NCBI RefSeq assembly: GCF_000757865.1
Contig: NZ_CP007754.1
Coordinates: forward strand, 1,110,001-1,142,000
Source of the DNA: Prochlorococcus sp. MIT 0801
GTDB lineage: Bacteria; Cyanobacteriota; Cyanobacteriia; PCC-6307; Cyanobiaceae
Length of the DNA stretch: 32,000 nt
Direction: 5' to 3'
Below are positions 1-7,569 of the stretch, piece after piece. Each line of letters starts with the position of its first letter. The stretch's first letter is position 1. The notes under the pieces were generated by a model. The model was not told the origin of the DNA, ran no database searches, and saw only the letters and a program-made list of their open reading frames with translations. The position numbers were made by a program, and so were the translations under genes.

Positions 1-152
1 CGAGAGTTACCATCAGACTTAGACCCGATGTTGCAGCAAAATGGAAAGTCATTGAGATAACAAGCTGTCATCAGGGCCCTTGGTTGACGGGATGATGTGG
101 GTAATCTGAAAGGGAATTTGCTATCTAGCATCAACTTTCCATAAATAGACAA

Positions 153-686
153 CTAAGGAATCCGTCCATGAGCCTGTAGCTCATCCTGAAATCCAAAAGC
201 TAGTGGGCTGGTAAGACGATCAGGGAAAAGCACACCATCCAAGTGATCGTTTTCATGCTGAACGACTCGTGAATGGAAATCTAGCAACTCTTCTGTATGA
301 AAAGCCCCTTCTAAATCTTGCCATTTCAGGTGAATACGTTGCCATCGCTCCACCTCACCACGCAAGTCAGGCACGCTGAGGCAACCTTCCCAACCAGAAC
401 TTAATTCATCTCCAATTGATTTGATAACCGGATTGATCAGCGCACGTTCAGGTAAAGGATCAGCATCGGGGTATCGGGGGTTATGCCCCATACCGACAAC
501 AAAAATCCTCCAAGGTTCATCGATCTGCGGTGCCGCTAGCCCTGCCCCAGAGCAAGCCAATTTTGTATCGAACAGGTCGTCTATCAGCTGCTGCAGACGT
601 TGACTGCCGAACCAATCATCAGGAATCTCCGCCGCGCGTGTACGCAATGCAGGATGACCAATTCGAAGAACATTCCTAATAGCCAT
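153..686 (-). CDS. def: peptide deformylase
   Basis: The 177-aa ORF has all three PDF motifs: GAGLAAPQI, EGCLS and HENDHLDG (metal-binding HExxH). Hand counts of two 100-nt samples give 45 and 52 G+C, well above the rest of the window. Confidence 0.93.
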   Translation of the reverse strand: MAIRNVLRIGHPALRTRAAEIPDDWFGSQRLQQLIDDLFDTKLACSGAGLAAPQIDEPWRIFVVGMGHNPRYPDADPLPERALINPVIKSIGDELSSGWEGCLSVPDLRGEVERWQRIHLKWQDLEGAFHTEELLDFHSRVVQHENDHLDGVLFPDRLTSPLAFGFQDELQAHGRIP

Positions 687-847
687 ATACCAATCATGCC
701 GTAAGCAATAGCTTACCTTGACTCAGCACATGTAAAAGGTGTCATTAGTTTGAAAAATGCTTTTGTCAGAAGAGCCTGAAGAGATGGCCTTCTGTACTGA
801 AACTTTAAGAGAAATATGCAATGGTGAGCTTGAACTGAAATAAATTA

Positions 848-1234
848 ATGTCATTCGGAGCTGAGACACCCTTTATTCTTCTTGCTCGTATTCAAGTTAA
901 GCCAGATAAAGTTCAAGAATACTTATTACTTGCAGCTAAAACTGATAAGGCTGTTGAAGATTCAGAACCAGGAATGATTCACCATACTTTTGATCAAGAT
1001 CCTGAAGATCCTCTTTGTTTTGTTTGGTCCGAAGTTTATAAAAATGACGAGGCTTTCCTTGCTCATCTATCAAATCCACCTGTAGGAGAATATTTACAAG
1101 GTCATGCAGAACTTGGCAATAATTTCACTATGGAAGTTTATGGAACAGTTGGAGATAAATGTAAAGCAGCTATGGAAGCAACTGAATTGCCATTAAAAAT
1201 CTTTGAAAGCAAGCTTGGCTATAGCAGGGTCTAA
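848..1234 (+). CDS. ABM-domain (antibiotic-biosynthesis-monooxygenase-like) protein
   Basis: The 128-aa ORF has an ATG start. Its pattern ILLARIQVKPDKVQEY...SEPGMIHHTFDQDPEDPLCFVWSEVYKNDEAFLAHL fits the ferredoxin-like ABM fold signature. Confidence 0.65.
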   Translation: MSFGAETPFILLARIQVKPDKVQEYLLLAAKTDKAVEDSEPGMIHHTFDQDPEDPLCFVWSEVYKNDEAFLAHLSNPPVGEYLQGHAELGNNFTMEVYGTVGDKCKAAMEATELPLKIFESKLGYSRV

Positions 1235-1238
1235 TTAA

Positions 1239-1502
1239 ATGGAAAAACTATTTATTGTATGTACTTTTGACTGCTCGTTTGAGTACTACGAAGAAACTAT
1301 AGAAAAGTTTGTCAAAGAATATGGAAATGGTGTTGTTATTGACTATGAGTTAAACAAAATCAATGAGCATAAATCACATTCTTTCTATAACGTCACAAGT
1401 TTAGAAGCTTTTGCAAAAATCCTCGATAATCCTTTCGCTAGGGAATGGGACAAAGCTAACAACTGCAAAGATATTGTTTATCGGCTAGAAGGGCCTTTAT
1501 AG
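1239..1502 (+). CDS. hypothetical protein (87 aa)
   Basis: The ATG lies 4 nt after the stop of the ABM ORF, so the two may be translationally coupled. I recognise no motif. Confidence 0.5.
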   Translation: MEKLFIVCTFDCSFEYYEETIEKFVKEYGNGVVIDYELNKINEHKSHSFYNVTSLEAFAKILDNPFAREWDKANNCKDIVYRLEGPL

Positions 1503-1546
1503 ATTCTTTTTGAAGTATAAGAATAAGTTTCCACTTAGTAGATATA

Positions 1547-1657
1547 ATGAACAACCTTATAAAGATCACAACTATCAGATTACCAGCTGCGATTGGATTA
1601 GGACTCGCATGGGTAGGCGTTCGGATCATGAGCAACGAGAAGAAAACTTGCTACTAG
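1547..1657 (+). CDS. small single-TM peptide (36 aa), paralog of 21036..21188
   Basis: My hand translation gives MNNLIKITTIRLPAAIGLGLAWVGVRIMSNEKKTCY. It aligns with MNSITRFSAIGLPAVIGVGIAWLGNRIIKNEKV at 21036. It lies in a different frame from the TTG-started track ORF 1510..1722. Confidence 0.5.
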   Translation: MNNLIKITTIRLPAAIGLGLAWVGVRIMSNEKKTCY

Positions 1658-1766
1658 CGAAATGGAACGACGACTTTTCTCCCTTCATTAAGTGTTCTAA
1701 ATACCCAATAAGTAGATATTAGTAAAATAAAAACAGCTAATAACAGGATTAATTATTGAGATAGAT

Positions 1767-1964
1767 TCATTTACCACCGTTACATTGAATAATCGCTACG
1801 ACTGCTGAATTATATTTCTGACCTAGCTTTTCCATACAATAAATTTCCGCTGTGGTTTTAATTGCTACTGGAACTTGAGTTATAGCTAAAAGCATCAGTG
1901 CAAATCCAGTCCCTGGTGCATGAATATTTAATTTAAAACCGCTCATCCATGTTCTCTTAGACAT
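1767..1964 (-). CDS. small protein, NIHAPGTGFALM family (paralog of 14486..14707)
   Basis: The ATG is the internal Met of track ORF 1767..1973. It shares K/RLNIHAPGTGFALM(L/V)LA(I/L)TQVPV..K..AE..C......QCNG with the 14486 ORF. Both copies also share agctataaa upstream. Confidence 0.6.
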   Translation of the reverse strand: MSKRTWMSGFKLNIHAPGTGFALMLLAITQVPVAIKTTAEIYCMEKLGQKYNSAVVAIIQCNGGK

Positions 1965-2122
1965 AGGTTTCAATCATTTACTCCTTGTTTATAGCTATCC
2001 ATAGGCGATAGTTAATGCATGTATTAATTTTTACCTTTAACAACATAAAAGTCATGAAAGCAGGATGAATCAACTGAAAAATCGTTTTTTAAGTTAAAAA
2101 TATCCTGCAAAATAAATTCTCA

Positions 2123-2470
2123 ATGGCATCTAACTTTTATATTGTTCATCACGAATTCAGGGCTGGTACTTCCTCTAAGTGGTGGGAAACTGCTTATGCA
2201 GCAATGGCTCCTGGTGGAGGATGGGATGAGGCTGTAGCAGCCAACAAAGAAAAAGGGTTTTTCAACCATTCAGCTAATGCTGTTACTGCAAATGGTCCTG
2301 TCTACTGTATTTGGGAAACAAAAGAAGGGATTTCCATAGAAGAATTCCAGGAATTCATTGATGGTCCAACAGGGCCTGGTTTTGGACTGAATGCATTAAT
2401 GAATATCTGCAAGCCAATAGACACATCATTAATGAACGGACAAACTCCATACCAAAGAGTTTTCTCCTAA
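2123..2470 (+). CDS. hypothetical protein (115 aa)
   Basis: A clean ATG ORF with balanced composition, followed by a strong intrinsic terminator. Confidence 0.65.
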   Translation: MASNFYIVHHEFRAGTSSKWWETAYAAMAPGGGWDEAVAANKEKGFFNHSANAVTANGPVYCIWETKEGISIEEFQEFIDGPTGPGFGLNALMNICKPIDTSLMNGQTPYQRVFS

Positions 2471-2518
2471 ACCTGTCAAAATAAAAATGGTTGACAGCCG
2501 ATTGCTATCGGAACCAGT

Positions 2519-2550
2519 GGGGCTGACTTAGGTCGGCCCCTTTCTTTGTT
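2519..2550 (+). terminator. rho-independent terminator
   Basis: The 9-bp stem ggggctgac/gtcggcccc includes one G-U pair, has loop ttag, and is followed by tttctttgtt. Confidence 0.8.
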
Positions 2551-2580
2551 CCCTATCGAATGAATAGGAAGTAGTACTTA

Positions 2581-2646
2581 AGTAAAAGCCGAGGTGTTTA
2601 AATCACAAGAAATCAAGTAGAACATATTCATCCGAACAGGAGGTTT
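2581..2646 (+). promoter_or_regulatory. conserved 66-nt leader/promoter of the SDIRxMHDF-family gene (copy A)
   Basis: The sequence agtaaaagccgaGgtgt..taaa..gtagaac.tatt.atcc...ggagg recurs at the same distance from the ATG at 18308..18373. It includes a -10-like AT box and a GGAGG Shine-Dalgarno site. Confidence 0.5.
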
Positions 2647-2811
2647 ATGAAGATCAGAACCCCATTTTCAGTCATCAAAAACGCGTTGAGTGATATTCGA
2701 GTTATGCATGATTTCAATTACGAAATCCCTGTTAAAACCAGAGAGGAGTTTTGGAAAGAAGAATGTGAAATTCACCCAACTTCTTCAACATGCAAAGTTT
2801 ATGACGACTAA
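2647..2811 (+). CDS. small Cys-containing protein (54 aa), SDIRxMHDF family copy A
   Basis: Hand translation gives MKIRTPFSVIKNALSDIRVMHDFNYEIPVKTREEFWKEECEIHPTSSTCKVYDD. It is the same length as, and collinear with, the 18374..18538 product. It is below the track cutoff. Confidence 0.65.
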   Translation: MKIRTPFSVIKNALSDIRVMHDFNYEIPVKTREEFWKEECEIHPTSSTCKVYDD

Positions 2812-2826
2812 TAAAACAAAAAATTA

Positions 2827-3009
2827 ATGGATCCGTTAGATCCTGCTCTTCAAGATACTGCCGTATACGGAGTTAGGCCTCTACTGACTTTGGCAATATT
2901 TGCTGGATTAGGATCATTTTTCCTTGGAGCACTTGTTACTGCTATTAAAAGGGGAATGAAAGAAAACGATTGGTTTAAATTTAACCAAGAAGAAGAGAAG
3001 CAAGACTAG
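2827..3009 (+). CDS. small membrane protein (60 aa)
   Basis: ATG ORF with one hydrophobic helix (LLTLAIFAGLGSFFLGALVTAI) and a charged tail. Confidence 0.5.
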   Translation: MDPLDPALQDTAVYGVRPLLTLAIFAGLGSFFLGALVTAIKRGMKENDWFKFNQEEEKQD

Positions 3010-3069
3010 GCAATTGCTTTTTTAAGTCTCTAATCTAAATAAGTCAATCTGGAGTCGATAAAGATATAT

Positions 3070-3234
3070 ATGGAATTATTTGATGAGTTCAAATTTTTTG
3101 GCGGCATCATTCCCAACTTGATTGGCTTAGCAGTTTTATGTAGGGTGATTATTTATTGCGATCAAACGAGAAGAGCAAAAGTTATACGAGGAGAAAAGTC
3201 CCCCCTCAACAATAAAAATGATTCTCTTTGCTAA
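3070..3234 (+). CDS. small membrane protein (54 aa)
   Basis: Hand translation gives MELFDEFKFFGGIIPNLIGLAVLCRVIIYCDQ.... Its N-terminal half is homologous to the next, frameshifted ORF. Confidence 0.45.
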   Translation: MELFDEFKFFGGIIPNLIGLAVLCRVIIYCDQTRRAKVIRGEKSPLNNKNDSLC

Positions 3235-3357
3235 ATCTGAAATAATTGGTGGAATCGTCCCAATCTGATTGCTTTTGGTTTGTTACTTGGAGCGATTGGA
3301 AACTTTGCTTCAACAGGAAAAATGGTTGAGATGTTCGGCTGGAAAAACAAGAAATAA
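3218..3357 (+). pseudogene. frameshifted tandem paralog of 3070..3234
   Basis: MILFAKSEIIGGIVP stops at 3266..3268. The +1 frame then continues as PNLIAFGLLLGAIGNFASTGKMVEMFGWKNKK. Relative to the paralog (GGIIPNLIG), one nt appears to be missing in the Pro codon near 3259..3262. Confidence 0.35.
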
Positions 3358-3419
3358 AGCTTTAACTAGCGAGTACATACCTAAGAGGGACCCGTGAGGG
3401 ACCTTTGGGAATTTTCAAT

Positions 3420-3445
3420 AAAAAAAGACAGGCTGGAAACCTGTC
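3420..3445 (-). terminator. hairpin plus T-run (minus strand) just after the tRNA fragment
   Basis: The 6-bp stem gacagg/cctgtc has a 7-nt loop. On the minus strand it is followed by ttttttt (3420..3426). Confidence 0.5.
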
Positions 3446-3454
3446 TATAACGTA

Positions 3455-3501
3455 TCGGGGCGACAGGATTCGAACATGCGACCTAGTGCTGCCAAAGCAC
3501 T
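3455..3501 (-). pseudogene. orphan 3' half of a tRNA-Pro(UGG)-like gene (47 nt)
   Basis: The minus strand reads AGTGC-TTTGGCA-GCACT-AGGTC-GCATG-TTCGAAT-CCTGT-CGCCCCG-A. That gives an anticodon arm (anticodon TGG), a variable loop, a T arm with canonical TTCGAAT, a 3' acceptor strand and a discriminator. No D arm or 5' acceptor lies upstream. There is one T-stem mismatch and a pyrimidine at position 37. Confidence 0.7.
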
Positions 3502-3543
3502 AAAAAAGACCTCTTCTGTAATGACAGAGAAGAGGTCTTTTTT
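3502..3543. terminator. bidirectional intrinsic terminator
   Basis: The arms aaaaaagacctcttc and gaagaggtctttttt are perfectly complementary over 15 nt, with a 12-nt loop. An A-run lies on one side and a T-run on the other. It sits 23 nt downstream of the hli stop on the minus strand. Confidence 0.8.
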
Positions 3544-3565
3544 GATTAGATCTTAAGAATCAGAA

Positions 3566-3691
3566 TTAAACTATTCCTGGAATGATCCAGCCTGTTATTC
3601 CGTAGTTAATCACAGCTGCAAAGAAGCCCATCATCGCAAGGCGGCCATTCATTTGCTCGGCTGTTTTCCAGTAGTTAGTTTCTTTGTTCAT
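3566..3691 (-). CDS. hli: high-light-inducible protein (one-helix CAB-like), 41 aa
   Basis: MNKETNYWKTAEQMNGRLAMMGFFAAVINYGITGWIIPGIV carries the HLIP signature E..NGR.AM.GF. I chose the internal ATG because it overlaps the upstream hli stop (TAATG). Confidence 0.9.
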   Translation of the reverse strand: MNKETNYWKTAEQMNGRLAMMGFFAAVINYGITGWIIPGIV

Positions 3692-3897
3692 TAAACGAAA
3701 CCTGGAATGATTTGACCTGTTGTGAAGTATGAAACCAAAAGACTGACCATTCCGATCATTGCCCAACGGCCATTTGTCTTTTCTGCTGCTTCTGGATAGC
3801 TGGTGTAGTCCTCTACAAGCTGTGGCTTTGTTTCACGGCCAAAGATGTTTTGCTTGCCGTACTCAGTGATTACCTGAGAAGAAGATGAACTTGTCAT
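3691..3897 (-). CDS. hli: high-light-inducible protein, 68 aa
   Basis: MTSSSSSQVITEYGKQNIFG...AEKTNGRWAMIGMVSLLVSYFTTGQIIPGFV carries the HLIP signature. The start is set at the second in-frame Met of track ORF 3691..3927. Confidence 0.9.
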   Translation of the reverse strand: MTSSSSSQVITEYGKQNIFGRETKPQLVEDYTSYPEAAEKTNGRWAMIGMVSLLVSYFTTGQIIPGFV

Positions 3898-4031
3898 TAC
3901 TGAAATTGCGTTGATGTGAATGAACATAAAGTATTAACTTTGTTGATCAAAGATACGGTCGGGTACGGCTAATTCACTTTATTAAAATCTAAAAGTTACT
4001 TTCTACAATAATTTCAACTAACTTGAAATTA

Positions 4032-4229
4032 TTAGATCAAATATAGAATTGCTAAATCTTGGTTAGATTCTGCGACTTTTCTTCTTAAAAAAGTTAATGC
4101 TTCATCATTCATATGTGACTCAGCTATCATCTTTTCAGCTTCATTGATACCGTGCTCAAGATTTTTAATTTTTAATTGAAGAATTTCTCTATCTTTTCTG
4201 CACTGCTCCAATGTGAAGTCATCAATCAT
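4032..4229 (-). CDS. hypothetical coiled-coil-like protein (65 aa)
   Basis: ATG ORF 33 nt downstream of the amidotransferase gene on the same strand. It has charged heptad-like composition. Confidence 0.5.
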   Translation of the reverse strand: MIDDFTLEQCRKDREILQLKIKNLEHGINEAEKMIAESHMNDEALTFLRRKVAESNQDLAILYLI

Positions 4230-4262
4230 TTCAGAATATTTTAAGCAGTTAAATAAAATCTA

Positions 4263-4994
4263 TCAGTTTAATAGGTCAAACAATATATTTAAAAATTCTA
4301 ATCTGGAGTCTAATGTTTTACGACCAAATTCTTTTTGTTGTTGTTTAAGAATGGATTGACCATCAGTCCCTAATGCGGAAGAAATAAATTTCTGATCTTC
4401 TGTAATCCAGGTATTAACCATCTCATTGTCTATCTCAACGTGAAATTGAATCCCATAAGCTAATGAATTAATACTAAATAATTGCTCCTTACATCTACAA
4501 CTACTAGCGATCAGCTCTGCAGTATTAGGCAATAAGATTCTATCTCCATGCCAATGCAGGACAGGGAAAGAGCGACCTAAAAGAGTTTTCAGATTGCAGT
4601 TATTGTCTAATGATTGAGGAAAGATATTATCCCACCCAATTTCAGCTAATGGTTCATTAGATACCTCATCCTGAAGCCTTTCAACATCACCACCAGCTGC
4701 ATAAGCTAAAAGCTGTGCTCCCAAGCATACACCTATTATCCCAATATTTTGATTTAAGGCTTCTTTTATTAGACCAACTTCTTCTATAAGCCATGGATAA
4801 GTTGAAGTTCCTAAATCACTTATACCCATAGGTCCACCCAAAACCAAAAGCAAATCTCCATTCATAAGTTCTGGAAGAGAGTCTCCAAGGTCCAAACGAA
4901 AAGTACAAACAGTAAACCCCCTTTCCTTCGCAACTTTGACAAAGAGTCCAGGTCGCTCGCGAGCTAAATGCTGGAGAACAAGTAAACGACTCAT
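4263..4994 (-). CDS. class-I glutamine amidotransferase-like protein
   Basis: The 243-aa ORF has the nucleophile elbow GVCLGAQLL (G-x-C-x-G) and a distal GIQFHVE (His-x-Glu), typical of the GATase1/GuaA-like domain. Confidence 0.85.
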   Translation of the reverse strand: MSRLLVLQHLARERPGLFVKVAKERGFTVCTFRLDLGDSLPELMNGDLLLVLGGPMGISDLGTSTYPWLIEEVGLIKEALNQNIGIIGVCLGAQLLAYAAGGDVERLQDEVSNEPLAEIGWDNIFPQSLDNNCNLKTLLGRSFPVLHWHGDRILLPNTAELIASSCRCKEQLFSINSLAYGIQFHVEIDNEMVNTWITEDQKFISSALGTDGQSILKQQQKEFGRKTLDSRLEFLNILFDLLN

Positions 4995-5001
4995 TAATAA
5001 A

Positions 5002-5241
5002 TTAAAAATCTACATTTTCATTTGGAGTAAAAACTGAGCAATACAATTTGATGAATAGCTCTGCCTCACTTTCATCTTTACCATCATATTTGAGTTTGAG
5101 ATCTTTTATTGCGACTAAAGCCGTTTTCTCTTTCAGCCTATATCTTGCGCAAGTATCTAGAACTTTAAACATTCTGGTAGTAACAGCTTCCGAAGGAGTG
5201 ATTAGTACGAAAAATACAGGTAATAGTAGTAAATATTTCAT
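5002..5241 (-). CDS. small secreted protein with a Cys pair (79 aa)
   Basis: It has the signal peptide MKYLLLLPVFFVLITPSEA. The mature part is bounded by two Cys residues and contains A(I/L)KDL.L, resembling 7570..7776 and 25242..25493. Confidence 0.55.
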   Translation of the reverse strand: MKYLLLLPVFFVLITPSEAVTTRMFKVLDTCARYRLKEKTALVAIKDLKLKYDGKDESEAELFIKLYCSVFTPNENVDF

Positions 5242-5405
5242 AGGAATAATTCAATCATCTTTTTTAGAGAATGCTCTAGAGCGTTGGAACCACTTATTGC
5301 TTTTATACAAAAGAAAAAACATTGTAGACAAAAGAAAGAAAGTAAAAGCTTCTAAATAAATAAATAACCGATCATCCAAATTCATAATTTTTTTTTGTCA
5401 TTTAA

Positions 5406-5651
5406 TTAGAGTTGCTTAAGTTCTTCATCGGTTAATGAGCAAAAGCCATCTGAACATCTCTCAGGTTTATTTAAATCTGCAACAGACTCCGATCCACCGA
5501 TAATTAAATTATGTTTTGACATTTTATAAAACATCTCGTGAACAGAATCACTAAACTTTTTTTCCTTCTCATACTCTAATTCGCACGGATCAATATTGTT
5601 ATCAAACCATTCATCATATTGAATATAATTTGGCTTTGCATAATATGTCAT
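5406..5651 (-). CDS. hypothetical protein (81 aa)
   Basis: ATG ORF with no competing ORF. I recognise no motif. Confidence 0.5.
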   Translation of the reverse strand: MTYYAKPNYIQYDEWFDNNIDPCELEYEKEKKFSDSVHEMFYKMSKHNLIIGGSESVADLNKPERCSDGFCSLTDEELKQL

Positions 5652-5886
5652 ATACCTAGACTAATACGACATAGGAATAAATACCACCAATTCAAGTCAA
5701 AGCTTGTTTGTTTTTTTCAACAAATTTCTTAAGATATTCCTTTTTAAGTAGCTTTTTTCTTTCTTTCAAGAATTTTTTTAGTTGTTGCAACTTCAAATCA
5801 ATCAGTGAAAATATTCAGGACAGATTCAATGTACATCAAAGTTAGTTTGATTTAGTGCATTTTGGAGAACCATCATTTCCATCAAG

Positions 5887-6216
5887 CTATTGAATTTTGG
5901 ATATGTCCAAATCAGATATCTCCAGCCCATATAATTCAGCGATCTTTGTCATCGCCAAGCCCTCTGCACCTGTCCATGCTTCAGCTAATACCGACCAAGT
6001 TTTTTGACTAAATTCAACTCCCAGATTTTCGTTGTTAGCTCTTCTTTTATCTATCTCCACCACTTTCTGGAGCCCCTGCGTAGATAGATGACTTTTAATT
6101 TTTAAGAAAACAACCTCCAACATTGAATAATAGAACTTTTCCATCGCCTTGTTATATGCCCATTCAGCTTCTTTTTGTGCCTTTTTTGCGGATTCGGTTG
6201 TAATCTCCATGCTCAT
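5887..6216 (-). CDS. hypothetical protein (109 aa)
   Basis: ATG ORF with helical, charged composition. No motif recognised. Confidence 0.55.
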   Translation of the reverse strand: MSMEITTESAKKAQKEAEWAYNKAMEKFYYSMLEVVFLKIKSHLSTQGLQKVVEIDKRRANNENLGVEFSQKTWSVLAEAWTGAEGLAMTKIAELYGLEISDLDISKIQ

Positions 6217-6399
6217 TTATTTTTCGATAATTTATTTCTTTCTCATATCATAGTTTTCTGAATTAACTCTTTAGGGATGAAATTTGAAAATCAGTTCGTA
6301 AATAAATAATTTAGATAAGTGCTAACCTCAAAAGAAACTAACTTTTTACAAACTGCTTTTCCTTTAAACTTATGAATTTGTCAATTAGATTAAATTAAA

Positions 6400-6684
6400 A
6401 TGTCATTAGAATTAACAGAAATAGTAAAAGATTTTATTGCAACAAAACTCCTCTCAAAAGTGGAACTAGATTTCTTAGAGAGTGAACTTTGGGAAACACT
6501 CGAGCATATTGATGAAGTAACTTCCTTAACCTCTGCTCCAATTAAGATTTCAAAAGAATTGAAATTAAAAGATGGTTCATCATGGCAATTATGTTGTGCA
6601 GTAATACTTGATGCCACAAGACCACAAAAAAGCTCTCGCTCAGAAAAACTTAAAAAATTAATAGAAAAATTTTCTCTCCATTAG
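6400..6684 (+). CDS. hypothetical protein (94 aa)
   Basis: I prefer it over the antisense ORF 6390..6617, whose Ser-rich product looks like an antisense artefact. Confidence 0.5.
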   Translation: MSLELTEIVKDFIATKLLSKVELDFLESELWETLEHIDEVTSLTSAPIKISKELKLKDGSSWQLCCAVILDATRPQKSSRSEKLKKLIEKFSLH

Positions 6685-6743
6685 TTATCCTTCGCTGGAA
6701 TTGATATTTTATGATTTAAAATCTTTCATCAGCAATTGAAATC

Positions 6744-7220
6744 TCACTTATTTGATAAAACCATCTTTCTAAATTTATAAAAAAACATTCCAGTTTTCTC
6801 ATAAAGATGTTTTGGTTCTTTTTTTAATTCTAAATCATATGGATTGATAAAAATAGTCAACAATATTCTTAAGGTAGTATAAAAATTTTTACTGGACTTT
6901 AAATCCTGATATTTTTCATTTTTCAATTTATAAATTGTATGCTTATTTAAAAAAGTCTCTAGAGATTTAAGGACTATAACTTTCTCCTTTTTACTGATTG
7001 TAGATAATAAAACCATCAATCCTTTTAATGATGATTCATCTCCACTGATAACGTTTCTAAGAACGCTTTGATAGAGATTCTCCCACTTGTAGGGTTCACT
7101 ACTAAAAAGATTAGAAGCAGGTTCCTTTGGATTAAGCTTTAACAGTCTCTGCTTTTCATCATTCTCGTCTTGCTCAGAATTCCAATATTCATACAAGGGT
7201 GATGATTGAGCGATATTCAT
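6744..7220 (-). CDS. hypothetical protein (158 aa)
   Basis: The longest ORF in this interval, with an ATG start. No motif recognised. Confidence 0.6.
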   Translation of the reverse strand: MNIAQSSPLYEYWNSEQDENDEKQRLLKLNPKEPASNLFSSEPYKWENLYQSVLRNVISGDESSLKGLMVLLSTISKKEKVIVLKSLETFLNKHTIYKLKNEKYQDLKSSKNFYTTLRILLTIFINPYDLELKKEPKHLYEKTGMFFYKFRKMVLSNK

Positions 7221-7569
7221 GCGAATTTAACGAAACGAAAGTTAAGGAGAAATAGATAATCAACAATTACACAAATCAGACTATCAATTTTCACACCAGT
7301 GCTCTACATTTTCAAGTGTTATTTCACAAGTGTATAGATCTGCTTCATTAAGCGGGGTCCATCTAAAATTAGATGGCAGTGCTGTTCTTTCATTGATATT
7401 TGTCCCACATCGAGTTAAGAATATTACTTAGTAAGAAAAAATAGCATACTCATTAGTGTCGAAATTCGTATTTGTCAAATAAACATCAAATGATTAGCTG
7501 AATAATTTTTTTCAGTTAAAGATCAAGAATTATCTACATTTATTAGATATATATAAAAGAACTCAGAAA

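Noticed and set aside
3928-4031. Possible HLR1-type high-light regulatory repeat upstream of the hli pair (gttactttctacaat).
   Set aside because: It only loosely resembles the (G/T)TTACA direct-repeat consensus and I cannot support it without comparative data.
5048-5359. Plus-strand 103-aa ORF. Similar cases are 6390..6617 (-), 9103..9291 (-), 9340..9564 (-), 10295..10585 (-), 14505..14765 (-), 23044..23259 (-), 29241..29432 (+) and 17603..17797 (+).
   Set aside because: They are antisense to, or overlap, better-supported ORFs, or are low-complexity Ser/Phe/Leu-rich products typical of AT-rich antisense frames.
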